DNA of 64,000 nt, taken from NCBI RefSeq assembly GCF_009914755.1, contig NC_060932.1. The stretch is one strand, 5' to 3'. The DNA comes from the human T2T-CHM13v2.0 reference genome, Homo sapiens. The notes beneath the pieces are model-generated. The model was not told the origin of the DNA, made no database searches, and worked only from the letters and a program-made list of their open reading frames with translations. Each line of letters starts with the position of its first letter. The first letter of the stretch is position 1. The position numbers and the translations under genes were made by a program. Shown piece after piece: positions 1 through 17,019 of the stretch.

Positions 1-987
1 CTACAATCAGTAGCATGCTTCTGTTGGCTCTAGCCTAGGTTGTAGGGGGAAAATATTCTCTCTTTAGTATCATTTATTTAGGCTTGAATTTATTTCCCTG
101 TGGCAAGACAAAACAGGCTGTGGATCTAGGGAAAATGGACAAGGAGTCTCCTCAGCCTCCCTCTGGTAAAGGTCTTAGGCCACAGACCCAAAATAAGCTT
201 CTGAATTTCATGAGTGATTCAACCCAACTTTTCAGCCGTAAGAGAGTCCAGATTCAAAATTTATCAGTGCCCATTTTCTCTGTGTCTGTCCTCCTTATGA
301 AACTGACTCAATAGTAGAAGCCAAATCAACGATCTTAGGATGAAAGAGACATCCTATCACTCATTTAGCAGCACTGTTTTCCAAGCCCTCCCCTGTTCTC
401 CCAAACACATAGTAGAATCACATTCCATCACATAAATTTAAAATGTGAGGCTCGGTTCTACTAGAAACCTTAAGAGTCTATGCATGAGATGTCATCCTCT
501 TTTCTCTGGGGCTTGTGAAGCATTATTCAAGAAGATGGCTGCTCTGTCATCCTGACAGGCTGCAGGGAACAGGGCCCAGCTGACCTGCAATGGGCATACC
601 AGCATTAACAAGAAACAAGCCTTTGTTGTTTTATGCCATTGAACTTTTTGTTGTTGTTATTTGCTTGCGTTTGGTTTTCACAGCATAACCTAGTTTATCC
701 CGACAGTTGCAGACCCCACTGCCTGTGGTCTCTAAGGCTGTATAGACAGAGGCAGAATCTTCACAAGAACTGTGACCCCAGCTTCAATGTTCTCTCTGAA
801 ACTGGAACACTCTAAGATTTCACCCCATAAAAAAATAGGCTGTTGGGTAGTTTGTTGAGCATTGCAGGCTTCTATGAGTAATACCAAAGTGGCTAGGATG
901 AAAAGTTTACCCTTATTTATAGATTGCTTACAAGAAAATTCCCCCAGGTCTTCATTTTCAAGCTAATATATGGAAAAATGCCTATTT

Positions 988-1060
988 AGGGGGGAAAGGG
1001 GAGGGAGAAAGGGGAGGGCAGAGAGAGGGGAGGGCAGAGAGAAGGGAGGAAGAAAAGAGA
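988..1060 (+). repeat. Polypurine (G/A-rich) low-complexity tract
   Basis: Nearly pure G/A run with repeated GGGGAGGG and GGGGAGGGCAGAGAGA units. Confidence 0.85.
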
Positions 1061-2189
1061 CAGTGCTTTGGCAGAGGTAATTTTTCATAGGTTATATATT
1101 ATATGCTGGGTATCAGGCAAAGCTTTGCTGATGTCATAGAATAGTCAGCCAGAAGACTTGTTATGAAATTTGTATTAGAGAGTTGTCTAATCGGGTCATA
1201 TTTACCTCTCTGAGGCAGTAAAATATAAGGATTTTTGGAATATATAATGAAAGTGCTTCACAAAACAATACGAAGATACCCTTTATGCTGCCATTAAATT
1301 AAATGAAGGGTGAGAATGAACTATAAGGAAAAAAAAGAACACTCATAAAAAGAGCTGGAAATAATATCGAGATGATAACACTTAAATAGCAATATTACCC
1401 AAAAGAGACTTTTAAATTGAAAGTAAGTAATGACAAGATAAAATTTTCTTCTTCTGAGTAGAAATGGGAACCCATAAAGGAAATTAAAAAGAAAGGAAAA
1501 TGGAGTTTCAGTTTTGTGTGAGTTTGATTTGTGACAGTTCAATTTATATTTGACACAGAAAAAATAAAGGTACTATAAGAAATAAAATAATTATACCAAA
1601 TAACTTATGTAGTAGCTAGGCCCACATATGAAAACAAATGTTGGAGCTCTACTTCCATAGAAAGGTAGGAAGAGGTCACCTTGTTATTTGTAGAGAGTGT
1701 TGAAGCAAGAAAGATAGAACAGGAAACAGAGATCCTGACTCCACATAAAGTACAAGTTTTTCCTGGTCCAAGTCTCAGGATCACAGAAGCTCGGGTGATT
1801 AAGCTAAAACCCTGTTCATGTGTGCAAAATTCAAGACTGTCTTCCCTTGGAAATCAGAATGAATAAGATAATCTACTACAAAGTTGATAGACGGAAATCC
1901 CTCCCAATGCAGACCCCACTCTTTTTATGTTAGATGAAGGGATTGCAACGTTAGGGGAGTCTGAATCCCTCTGGAGCATTAATTCAAAGCCAGGTGGCTC
2001 TACAGAGTCCCAGAGAGCTAAATATCTTCCCTTAGCCAGAAGCTTCTTCAATATCCTGAATGGATAACCTCCTAGTGTGACTAAGTTCTGCAAGAACTAT
2101 TTCACACTCAGACCTGTTGGAGGTACTGATAGATAAAAGTGGCCCCATAAAAGAGGCCAAGCCAAAGACAGCTTTTTCAGCATTCTAGG

Positions 2190-2440
2190 AGGACATACAG
2201 TACAGTGGTTGAAAGCATAAACTTCAGCATCAGACCGACATAAATCCTGTCCTATTTCTGACATCTACTCACTGTGTGACCTTGTGCAAGAATATCACTT
2301 AATCTCAACATTCCCATCAATAAAATTGAGATAATAGAGCCTACTTCATAGGGATGACTCTGAAGACTAATCAATATAATGCATGTAAAATGTTTAGTTC
2401 CTGGCATTCAGTACAAAATCAATGTAGACTTGCTATTGTT
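2190..2440 (+). mobile_element. MIR SINE
   Basis: MIR core-like text (ACTGTGTGACCTTG...TAAAATTGAGATAATA...CCTACTTCATAGGG...AATGCATGTAAAATGTTTAG) ending in GCTATTGTT. Confidence 0.8.
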
Positions 2441-4439
2441 AGAATTTAAAGTTTTGTGGGGTTTTTTTTTTCTTTGCTCAAGGAATGTCCCAATCTCTTT
2501 CCAACATTAGCTCAACAATCCAGTGTGTCTGGAGCTTTAACCAGCTTATGTTGTTAATCTACAGCCCAGAATATGGAATCCTACTTAGAATATCTATCAG
2601 CTGTTCCAGGACTGAGTCAAACAATCAGCAGAATTAGGAATTACAAGGGATAATATCATTAGGAAAAATGGAATAAAATAGCTTCCCTAGGACAAGGTGG
2701 AGGCTGCAAAAAACTGAACACTTCTCTAAACCCAGACTAAAGTTAGAGATCTCCTGAAATTGGCCTAATGCTATTGGACATTTAGTCTTTGTTTGGTACC
2801 CTACCATCCCTTTTGCTGGAAAGAAAGGAAATCAAGTAAGTACATCATAATTTTTCATTGTCCCAGATTATGGACAAAGGGGCTGTGATAGGGCTGTGCC
2901 CCACAGTTATCTGAGATACAGGAAAGAGACTCTCAGAGCCACAGCAAGAGTGTCAGAAGAGCTCTGTTGTGAAAGTCTACATGTGAGCCCGCATCTGCTA
3001 ACAGTATAGGAGTGCTTAGCATCGCTCTGCCTTAGGGAAGATCAAGTGTTTGTTCAAAAAACATCAGGTCTTTGAAGTGGTTAGGAACCATGAGGAATTA
3101 TAATCCCAAATTTTAGTGCTCAGCACTGACTCTACAATAGTTTGACTTCCTGATAAAGTGCCTCAGTGTATTTCATTGTGATAGGCAATGACATCTCCAG
3201 GACACTTTGAGATAAAAATTAAGAAACTGGGGAGACTTTGGCCAAATAAAGTGCTCCCAAGAGGGGGAAGATCATAAAGAACGATGCAGCACTGACCACA
3301 GAAAAATAAACCCCAGTGCAACCTCTTTAAGATCCTGTACGAATTAAACACAGCAAGCCATGTCTTAGAAGCCAAATTATCTATTTCTGTTCATCTTTGA
3401 ATTCAGTCATCCTTTATCTCATTATCTTTTAGAAAGTCACTTACAACTCATATAATTAACTTTACTTGCTTGGGGTACAAATATAATATATATTTGTTTT
3501 ACTTTTCCAATTCACATCTCTAGCCATACCATGACTTTATTAATATGAAGTTCAATCTTGAAGACTTGTCCTGAATAATCAAAGGACAATTATATTGAGC
3601 ATACGAGATGTTGAGAAGAATGATTCCTGCTGTCCTGAAACTATCGCTAAGTTACAGACCTGAGGGGGAAAGTATGCTAAGGATCCTGCATTTCAAGGTC
3701 AAGATGTATCAGCAGCTGGACCTACCACTTCCCAGCAAAATTTACTAAGATGCATCAGTACAGAAAGGGCTACCCATCACTAACCAATATATGAAGAGGA
3801 CTTAGGGAAAGGGGATAGATTGCCGGTCTTTTGGGGAGAACGTTGATCATGAGGAGAGATTATTCCCTTTTCTCTCCCTAGAAAGCCAAGGAAGGAAGCA
3901 TCCTAGAGAATTGAGAATAGTAGGCGTGCCTAAAGAATGGCAAGTAGAATTTTTCTTTAGATATTGAGTTATACAGTAACCCTTTCAATATGTCCCTGTG
4001 CTGCTTACACGGATGAAAAGAGAACTGGGGAGAGATGGTGTAGATGAGAGGGTGGACTGCAATGAAGGAAGCCGCAAGGCTACTCTTTCACGTGCGAAGG
4101 ACTTTTGAGGTTTTTGGGGGACTACATGCACACCCAGAAAAGTAGCTGGGCTTGAACGTTCTTAATGGTATTTTAGTGAATGAGGAAACTCCTCCAGAAA
4201 ATGTTTGTTTCTGGTGGTAGACCAGGGAAGAGGCTTGCGCAGAAGAGGAGGTGGAGCCAAAGCTGAATTTCTCACATTACATAATTGGGCAATAAAGAGA
4301 TTCAACTGAACTCTATGAAGAATCCCACATATGCTCCACAAGAGATGCAGGATTTACATGAACTCCATAAATATTCAGGGACATCACACATTAATGAAGT
4401 TTTTAGAGTTTCAGTAATACCTCTTTAAATTTGGGGGGG

Positions 4440-5330
4440 TACCATACACCACTATCAAAATATTTTTCTAATCCATTTATTGGGTGGCAAGGAAGTTTAC
4501 CCACTTTGAGTGGGGCCCAGCAAAGGAAGGCTCTGCAGAATGTCTTGCAAATCAAGCAATAGAACATGAGCTGCTGCTAGAAAAATCTGATGATGATTAA
4601 GAACATTCTACTGAGTCTCTAGCAAGTTCCAATTGGCTATTGTAGCACAGATCCATAGTATTCTGGAGCAAAGCCATGCCATCTGCAGTAGAGACTACTC
4701 TTCATTTGAAAATCAACTCTTAGTATGCTACTGATCCCTAGGAGAGTCTGTGCCTCTGACCATGAGATTAAAAATAATTGACCTACAGAAGCTGTCCATT
4801 ATGGGCATTATTAGATCTATCAAGTCACAAGTTAAAGAACATATAGCAGCAATGATTATATAGGATAAAGTGTATTTCTGAATTGGGTCTAAGCAGACCC
4901 GCAACACAAAAACAAATTACATGAAAAATTGGCCTAGACTCTCGGTCAGGTCACCTACCAACGTTGTAGAAATGACTACATCTTAACTCAAACTTCTGTC
5001 CTCCTTAGGTTTTCCTATGACCAAATGATGATAGGGAAAATAACTTGGGCCTAGTTCACAAATTGGTTCATGAACTGTGTTGATGCCAGCAGGAAATAGA
5101 CTGCTACAGCATTGCAGCCCCACTCAAAAGTGACCCTAAATAATACTGGTGAAGGGATATCAACCCAGCCGTCACAGAGAGCTGCAGTCAGTGTTCTTGG
5201 TAGGCCCAAGTTCATTTTATTGGTAGGCCCAAGTTCATGTTATACAGGGGTCTAGGCTACCTGAGGTATAGATACCCACTAACCATGTGGGAGATGAGAG
5301 GGAGTGGCTAATCACTTATCTGATTATCCA
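4440..5330 (+). mobile_element. Decayed ERVL/class III endogenous retrovirus internal region (pol, RT-connection/RNase H part)
   Basis: Broken frames give FEWGP (~4505), FWSKAMPSAVE (4661) and SFENQLLVCY*, resembling ERVL pol FWSKAMPSAAxNYxPFEKQLLACYWAL; multiple stops and frameshifts. Confidence 0.7.
5197..5242. repeat. 23-bp tandem duplication
   Basis: TTGGTAGGCCCAAGTTCATTTTA followed by TTGGTAGGCCCAAGTTCATGTTA (1 mismatch). Confidence 0.95.
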
Positions 5331-5774
5331 CAGTTCTGAAAGGACAATGGAGTTAGAGACAGATTTATCCTGCCTGAAGTGAGATGGGCAGAAATAGGAA
5401 ATATGGAGCTTTGAATCAAGTTTGTGATTGCATTTTCATGTGAACAGAACTGAGTCATAAACATTGGCTTGAAACTGATCTAATAACGGAACAAGCCTGA
5501 TAAGTTTTAGAATCTGCCTAGATGTTATTAAGGGACCTACTACACAGTGAGAAAGTAGGTTCCACATAGCCCAATGGAGTTCAGTAGTTGGGGAAAAATA
5601 TCTTATTCATATATGATCACACTGAGGTGCTTTGATCATGGGTCACTTTCCAGAGGAGGCATTCACTAACTCATCATTCTGGGGCAATTAGATGAATTCA
5701 ATGATATAGCAGTGAACTTGCACATCCATATTAGCTGCATTATTATACTATTATTGATCTTGAAGGTTATAGTT

Positions 5775-6410
5775 ATTATTCATTATTCAACACATTTATA
5801 TTGAGGTTCTACTATGCGGCAGACAATATTCTAGACACCAGTAATCTGTTGTTGAAAAAAAGTAGAAATAGTTTTTACTCTTATAGATCTTACAGCATAG
5901 TGGAATAGATATTCAATGAATAGCCATGCTAATATATGTGGTATATATAATATATATGCTAATGATATATGGTATATATACTTATGAAATTCACAGAAAT
6001 AAAGAAAAAAAAATCAGGTCAAATAGTAGAGGAACATGACCAAAATAGGAGATTAAATGAAACTTCCTAGGGAAGTTAAAATTTTGAGCTGAGAATGGAA
6101 GGATAAGTGTGTGTTAAGCAGAAGTTAGAAAGGAACACCTTCCAAGTGAGGGAAGAGTATATGCAAAATTCCTGTGGCTGAGGAAGGATTAAGTAGATAT
6201 TCAGTAGGTAAAATCAACAAAAGTTAAAGATAGCTTACATACAGAGGAAAACGAAGGCAGACTGTGTGACTTGTGTCCTACATAGAAAGGACACTGAGGT
6301 AAGAAGATTTGGGGAGAAAAATCATGTGTTTGGTTTATATATATTGAAGTTTAAGAAGCTTTTCTCCTTTAAGATTGTAAAATAGATGCAAATCTATTTG
6401 TACCTTTTAG
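5775..6410 (-). mobile_element. L2 LINE fragment (3' end)
   Basis: Starts ATTCATTATTCAACACATTTATATTGAGG...TACTATG, the reverse complement of the L2 3' terminus, followed by L2-like purine-rich sequence. Confidence 0.65.
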
Positions 6411-6584
6411 AACAACCTGATTTAATTAATGTGTTTAATTCTGTGCTAAACATAGCATGAAAGAAATTAAGCACAGTTGGAAACTCATATGGATTGTACT
6501 TAATGCCATATTCTCTGAAAATTCAATTACTCAGGACTTAATAACATTTTAATGTCACAAATTCGCTTTTTCCTTCGTCTTTCT

Positions 6585-7326
<742 letters not shown>

Positions 7327-7340
7327 GAAAGTAGTGTTTT

Positions 7341-9816
<2,476 letters not shown>

Positions 9817-9830
9817 GAAAGTAGTGTTTT

Positions 9831-10131
9831 GGCTGGGCCTGGTGGCTCACGCCTGTAATCCCAGCACTTTGGGAGGCCAAGGCGGGTGGATCACAAGGTC
9901 AGGAGTTCAAGACCAGCCTGGCCAACATGGCGAAACCCCATCTCTACTAAAAATACAGAAAAATTAGCCAGGCGTGGTGGCAGGCACCTGTAATCCCAGC
10001 TACTTAGGAGGCTGAGGCAGGGAATTGCTTGAACCCAGGAAGCAGAGGTTGCAGTGAGCTGAGACTGCACCACTGCACTCCAGCCTGGGTGACAAAGGGA
10101 GACTCCATCTCAAAAAAAAAAAAAAAGAAAA
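9831..10131 (+). mobile_element. Full-length AluS (AluSg-like)
   Basis: Complete dimer with A tail; GGATCACAAGGTCAGGAGTTC; flanked by GAAAGTAGTGTTT / GAAAGCAGTGTTT. Confidence 0.95.
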
Positions 10132-10144
10132 GAAAGCAGTGTTT

Positions 10145-10717
10145 GGTGATAACTAGATGGGCATTTTTAAAAAGTCACTCTGTTATCTGTGCTAGAAGAA
10201 ACCAAGACTGGAACCAGAGACCAAATGAGGTGCTGTTGACATGATCCAGGTGACAGCTAAAGTTGTCAAATGGAAATAGAAAGAACCCAATGGTTTATGA
10301 ACAACTTAGGAGATAGAAACAACTGGATTTTTTAATTCATTAAATACAGAGAGAGGCAAGAGCAAAAGGTGTACAAGATAAATACAAGGGCTATGGCTTG
10401 GGAGCTGAATGAGCAGTAGGATCAATTTTTTGGGAAAAGTTTGTGGTTTGGACATGAGTTTCAGATGTCTGACAAGCAGTCAGGCAGGGATGTTTGGAAC
10501 GTAAGAGTCTGGAGCTCAAGAGGGAAATTAGGGCAAGAGATAAAAATTTGAGAACCATAGTTGAAGATGACGATGGCAACAAGGACGGCATGAGATGGAT
10601 CAGGGAAAGTGTGTGGTGAGCTTCGGTAGGGTAAGAAGAAAAGCAGACTAGGTAGAAACCCTGAAAAACAGAGGCAACTAACAGACAGCTGAGGAGCGAT
10701 ACCTGTAAGAATACTTA
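10145..10717 (-). mobile_element. L2 LINE fragment (continuation)
   Basis: L2-like GGTTTGGACATG...GATGTCT...GTCTGGAGCTCAAG...GGGCAAGAGATAAAAATTTGAGA. Confidence 0.7.
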
Positions 10718-10836
10718 GGCAGTGGTTGATGCCTGTAATCCCAGCACTTTGGGAGGCTGAGGTGGAGGGATCATTTGAGGTTGGTAGTTCAAGACCATCT
10801 TGGCCAACATGGTGAAACCCAGCCTCCACCAAAAAT

Positions 10837-10837
<1 letters not shown>
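10718..10837 (+). mobile_element. Alu left monomer (5' half of a split Alu)
   Basis: GCCTGTAATCCCAGCACTTTGGGAGGCTGAGG...GGTGAAACCC..AAAAATA then a microsatellite; no right monomer follows on this strand. Confidence 0.92.

Positions 10838-10885
<48 letters not shown>
10838..10885. repeat. (TAGA)12 microsatellite in the Alu middle A-rich linker, followed by TA/CA-rich sequence to ~10970
   Basis: 12 perfect TAGA units. Confidence 0.97.
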
Positions 10886-10887
<2 letters not shown>

Positions 10888-10974
10888 TATTTATACATAT
10901 ATATACACACACATATATATACCCTGTATATATAAAGGGTATATGTATTTATACCATTTATATATAAAATACCC

Positions 10975-11426
10975 TGTATTTTAAAGGAGTCATTAAAGGA
11001 TTTTAAGCAAGGCCAGATCAACTTTGTGTTTCATAAAAATAACTCTGAAAAAAAAAAACTCTGACTTCCCTGTGGTGAATGAATCACAGGGATATGAACC
11101 TGGAGGGCCACTTACAAGTCAGTTTCCTTTGTGTTTCTTCATGTTGGATAATGAGAATTGGATCAATCTGACATTTTGCTTTATTCATTTTTCATCCCAC
11201 ATATGCTGCTGCAGAGAGTGGCATGAGGGTCTAATGACTCAGGAGATGTTTGAAAGGTAGACGAATCCATCGCTGATGTGTTGCTCTGTTGATAGTCCAG
11301 TTTTCCTTATTACATTCTCTAGGGAGGCCCTCTGACTAATGTAAGCCATCAGCACTATTTCTGGAAGCATGGTAAACATTTTAATCTTTGTGGCCTGATC
11401 TCAATGGAAGACAGATAAACCAAATC
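10975..11426 (+). repeat. Inverted repeat arm 1 (452 bp)
   Basis: Reverse complement of 12226-12676; the only difference seen is A11 vs T10 in a homopolymer; both arms encode the same ORF text (NSDFPVVNESQGYEPGG...QEMFER). Confidence 0.97.
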
Positions 11427-11879
11427 TCCCTTCTGCCTGCAAAATAATCAATAACAAAGAAGAAAATGAAAAACACTTAAGCCAAGCTTCCTGAATGGAT
11501 ACTCCCAAGTAACACAGGAATGATTTTCCCTCAGAAATGTTATCTTGGGGATTCGAATCTTTTATATTGCAATGACAAATGGTTCAGAAGGGGGATTAGA
11601 TGCAGAGTCACTGAGAACGATGGAGACTATAAGGTCACTGCTGAGGTGGACAAAAGTAAAAATGTTTCCTTAGAAAAGGTGAGTTAGTAGAAACACTGCT
11701 ATTTGTGAAGTATCTAGGCTGGTAGGAACGGGAGCAATTCTTCTTGCATCGTGGCTGAGGTGGTCCTTTATTTGATAGTTGGTTTTGAGTGCCAGGCAGT
11801 GCTTCCTCACCTTCTATAAAACAAGGTATTAGCAAGTTTCTGAAATCCCACATAAGATGTTTCATTCATTTCATCGTAA

Positions 11880-12196
<317 letters not shown>

Positions 12197-12225
12197 TAGA
12201 TATATATGTATCTATAGCCAGGCGT

Positions 12226-12676
12226 GATTTGGTTTATCTGTCTTCCATTGAGATCAGGCCACAAAGATTAAAATGTTTACCATGCTTCCAGAAATAGTGC
12301 TGATGGCTTACATTAGTCAGAGGGCCTCCCTAGAGAATGTAATAAGGAAAACTGGACTATCAACAGAGCAACACATCAGCGATGGATTCGTCTACCTTTC
12401 AAACATCTCCTGAGTCATTAGACCCTCATGCCACTCTCTGCAGCAGCATATGTGGGATGAAAAATGAATAAAGCAAAATGTCAGATTGATCCAATTCTCA
12501 TTATCCAACATGAAGAAACACAAAGGAAACTGACTTGTAAGTGGCCCTCCAGGTTCATATCCCTGTGATTCATTCACCACAGGGAAGTCAGAGTTTTTTT
12601 TTTCAGAGTTATTTTTATGAAACACAAAGTTGATCTGGCCTTGCTTAAAATCCTTTAATGACTCCTTTAAAATACA
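12226..12676 (-). repeat. Inverted repeat arm 2 (451 bp)
   Basis: Reverse complement of 10975-11426. Confidence 0.97.
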
Positions 12677-12784
12677 AGGTAAGGGAAGAGTTATTTGTTG
12701 GGATAAGTAACAATAGCTAAACAATGCATGCCAATGATTATCCTAAGCTTTAAATATACCACCTCCTTAAACATTTTAAGGAAC

Positions 12785-13640
12785 TTATGATGAGAAGATA
12801 TAGAAATGGCCAGTGAGCACATAAGAAGATGCTCAATATCACTAATCAGTAGGGAGATATGTACTGAAACCACAATGTGATACTATCTCACACTCATTAG
12901 GATGGGGACTACAATTTTAAAAGCAAAAGAAAAGGTGTTAGGGAAGATATGAAGAAATTGGAACCCTTGTGCACTATTGATGGGAATGCAAACTGGTCAA
13001 ACTGGTGTAGCCCCTATGGAAAACAGTATGGCATTTCTTCAAAAACAATGAAAAATAGAATTATTGTATGATCCAGCAATCCCACTACTGGGCTGTACAC
13101 CCAAAAGAACTGAAAGCAGGGTCTTGAAGGTACATTTGTATATCTAAATTCATAGCAGCATTATTCACAGTAGCTAAAACATGGAAGCAACCCAGGTATC
13201 CACCAATGCACAAATGGATAGGCATAAGGCAGTATATCCATACAATGGAATGTAATTCAACTTTAAAAAGCAAATAAATCCTGACACATACTACAATATG
13301 AATAAACTTTGAGAACATTATGTTAAGTGAAAGAAGCCAGTCACAAAAGACAAATACTTGTATGATTCCCCTCATATGAGGTACTTAGAATAGTTCAAAA
13401 TCATAGAGACAAGAAAGTAGAATGATGGTTGCCAGGCCCTGTGTGGGTGGGGGAGAAGAGGGATAGGAATTATCATTTAAAGGTCATAGACTTTTAGTTT
13501 TACAAGATAAAAAAAGTTATAAAGATGAATAGTGGTGATGGTTGCACAACATTGTCAATGTATTTAATACCACTGAAGGTATACTTAAAAAACTTAAGAT
13601 GGTAAATTTTGTGATTTGCATTTTACCACAAAAAAAGTTA
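12785..13640 (+). mobile_element. Old L1M (L1MB-like) 3' end
   Basis: ORF2 end and 3'UTR motifs: AAGAAGATGCTCAATATCACTAATC, ATCCAGCAATCCCACTACTGGG, GGTGATGGTTGCACAACATTG, TTTTACCACAAAAAA. Confidence 0.88.
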
Positions 13641-13693
13641 AAAACAAACAAACAAACAAACAAACTATGATGTGGTGTTTGTTAGTAACCAAA

Positions 13694-14210
<517 letters not shown>

Positions 14211-14229
14211 TAGTAACCACATTTTAGCA

Positions 14230-14370
14230 ATCATTAATAACCTCATTTTACATGTGAGAAAACTGAGGTGTGTGGGTGTAATGTGTTCAAACACAGATAG
14301 GTATTAGGTGGTAAAGACAAATCTGAAACTTGGAGATGATTTTAGAGTCTAGGGCTCTTAACTACTAAAG
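14230..14370 (-). mobile_element. MIR fragment
   Basis: CCTCATTTTACATGTGAGAAAACTGAGG core. Confidence 0.7.
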
Positions 14371-15409
14371 ATACTCCCATTGTGAGCTCAATCAATCTCC
14401 CCAGCATTGTCTTCCACACTGTATTCATTACATTTACAACTATACCAACATTCTAATAGCCTTACCTTTTCCCATAAAGCATAATAATAAAGAAAAAACA
14501 ACGGCAAAAATATTACCCTGCTTTTCCGTTCCTCTGTGTGTTTAATACACTATCTTTTCTTACATTAAGGGAAAATTTTCCTTCCTCCTTATGCTCATAG
14601 AATAATTCTAAGTATCCTTCAAGCCTCAAGTACTCCAAGTCGCTTCAACTTACTACAGTCCATGAACCCAGAGTTCTCTCACGTGTCCTTATAACAGTTT
14701 TGCAACATAAGGACATGCATTAATCTAATTTGACAGGCAGAGCAACTGAGCATTAAAGAAGTCAACTACCCACCTGAATGTAGAAAATTTGTTAGCTGAG
14801 TCAAAATTCTATGCCTGGATTTCAAAACCCAAAACCAAAACCTTTTCATCATTATATTTTGCATAATCATGCTATTAGAGGCTGTTACTTGTCTCCAACT
14901 TGTCTGCCATTTGATGTCTTTGCATATTTCTACATATAAAGGATTTGTTTTGTATGTATTCTGATTATATATCACCTGAAATGCAGACTATTTTGACATA
15001 TCTGTGGATTGAATTTTTAAAAATTCTTAATGACCTTTCTTTAAATATTATGATATTAATACGGCAACCACTGCATTTTTTATTGTATTGGGTTTATATG
15101 TCTTTCTACAACTTTTTACTTTCAATCCCTCTGAGCCAATAAATTTGGCTATGTTTTATAAATAATATATTTTGGTTTTATTTTTGACACAATCTAAGAA
15201 TCTTCAAGTTATCTTTTTTATTCCACATATCTATTTCATATATTTTCTTAGCATAAAGTGCATATTTGTTGTAGAAAGTTTAGAAACATCAAAAAGTATA
15301 AAAAAAATTAACACATGTAATGTCATCAAGATATAATCATTACAAATATTTAATTGTTCTATACATTTGTATGTAACATATAATTAAAAGTGAACATTTA
15401 ATTTTTTTT

Positions 15410-15610
15410 TATCTAGGTACTCTGCTAAGGGTCTTACACAGATTAAATCATTTGTACTCCACAACAGCCACATGTGCTAGATATTGTTAGTATTTTCATG
15501 TTAAAAGAAGACCCAGAAGCAAAAAGAGGTTCACAAATTTCCCAAAAGTAGACTTTGGATATAAACGCAAGGAGATCCATCTCCACGGACCACACTCTCA
15601 TTACGCTGTA
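15410..15610 (-). mobile_element. MIR fragment
   Basis: GTACTCTGCTAAGGGTCTTACACAGATTAAATCATTT..CACAACAGCC. Confidence 0.55.
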
Positions 15611-15844
15611 ATATCTTCTCTCCTAATAGTCCAAGCAGAGAAAGATTAAATAGGTCAATGGATAGCTATGTGTGAGTGAAGGGAGATTCTCTCTGCATAT
15701 TGTTTTGTTACCTGTTTCTCCACTTAAAATATAACATAACTTTCCTTATTAAATATCTTCCAACCATGACATAAGTGACCATGCTATTATATAATTGTGC
15801 CATCATTTCTTAATCAGTTTCCTGTAGTTTAACATTTTTTTTAA

Positions 15845-17000
15845 ACTGTGCATAATGTCTACATTTTTATATGCTTGGGGATAAGCATACACCCATGAGA
15901 CCATTACCACCATCAAAGCCATAAATATATCCATCGCCTCCTAAAATTTCCTCCTGCCCCCTTTTTTATTAGTGTGTGTGTATATGTGTGCGTGTGTGTG
16001 TGTTTGGTAAGAACAGTTAACATTATATCTACTCTCTTGGGAAATTTTAAGAATATAATAAGGTATTGTTAGCTATAGGCTCCATGTTAAAAGTAGATTT
16101 CCAGAGCTTATATATCCTGCAAAACTGACACTTTGTACCCTTCAATCATCACCTCCCCATTTCCCACTTCCTGCAGCCCCTGGCAACCACTACTCTACTC
16201 TCTGCTTCTGTGAGAGGGACTAGTTTAGAGTCCACACATAAGTGAGATCATATAGTATGTGTCTTTTCGTGTCTGCTTATTTCACTCAACATGACCCTCC
16301 AGGTCTATCTATGATGTCACAAATGGCAGGATTTCCTTCTTTTTAATGCTGAACAGTATTTCATTGCATGTATGGACTACGGTTTTTTTTTTTATCCATT
16401 CATCCATCAATGGACATTTAGGTTGTTTGCTGGCTATTTTGTATAGTGCAGATATCTCTTTGGGATCCCAGTTTCAATTTATTTGGACAGATACCCAGTA
16501 ATGGAATTGCTGTATCATATGGTAATCCTATTTTTAGTTTTTTGAGAAACTTTCATGCTATTTTCCAAAGGGCTATGCCAAATTACATTCCTACTACCTG
16601 TGTACAAGGGTTCCCATTTTCTCCACCTCCTTGCCAATACTTATTTCTTTACTAATAACAACCCTGATACATAAAGTGATACTTCATTGTGTTGTGATTT
16701 GCATTTCCCTGACTATGTTGAACACCTTTTCATATCCCTATTGGCCATTTGTATGTCTTCTTCAGAGAAATATCTACTAAGGTTTTTTGCCCATTTTTCG
16801 TTTGGGTCATTTGGGTTTTTTGCTATACAGTTGTATGATTTTTTTATTTTGAATATTATTTGGATAGTAAAAACCCCTTATCAGACATGTGGTTTGCAAA
16901 TATTTTCTCCCAACCTGCCAGTTGCCTTTTTGTTTTATTGATTGTTTGCTTTGCAGGGGCTTTTTAGGTTGATGTATTCCCACTTTATTGTTGCTTTTAT
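15845..17000 (-). mobile_element. Old L1M (L1MA/MB-like) 3' region
   Basis: Reverse L1 3' motifs CCCTGGCAACCAC, TGTCACAAATGGCAGGATTTCCTTCTTT, TTGGCCATTTGTATGTCTTCTT, TTTGCAAATATTTTCTCCCA. Confidence 0.88.
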
Positions 17001-17019
17001 TGCCTGTGATTTTTGTTGC

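Noticed and set aside
3600-4200. Possible LTR upstream of the ERVL pol relic
   Set aside because: Composition is suggestive, but I could not identify termini, a TSD or a family.
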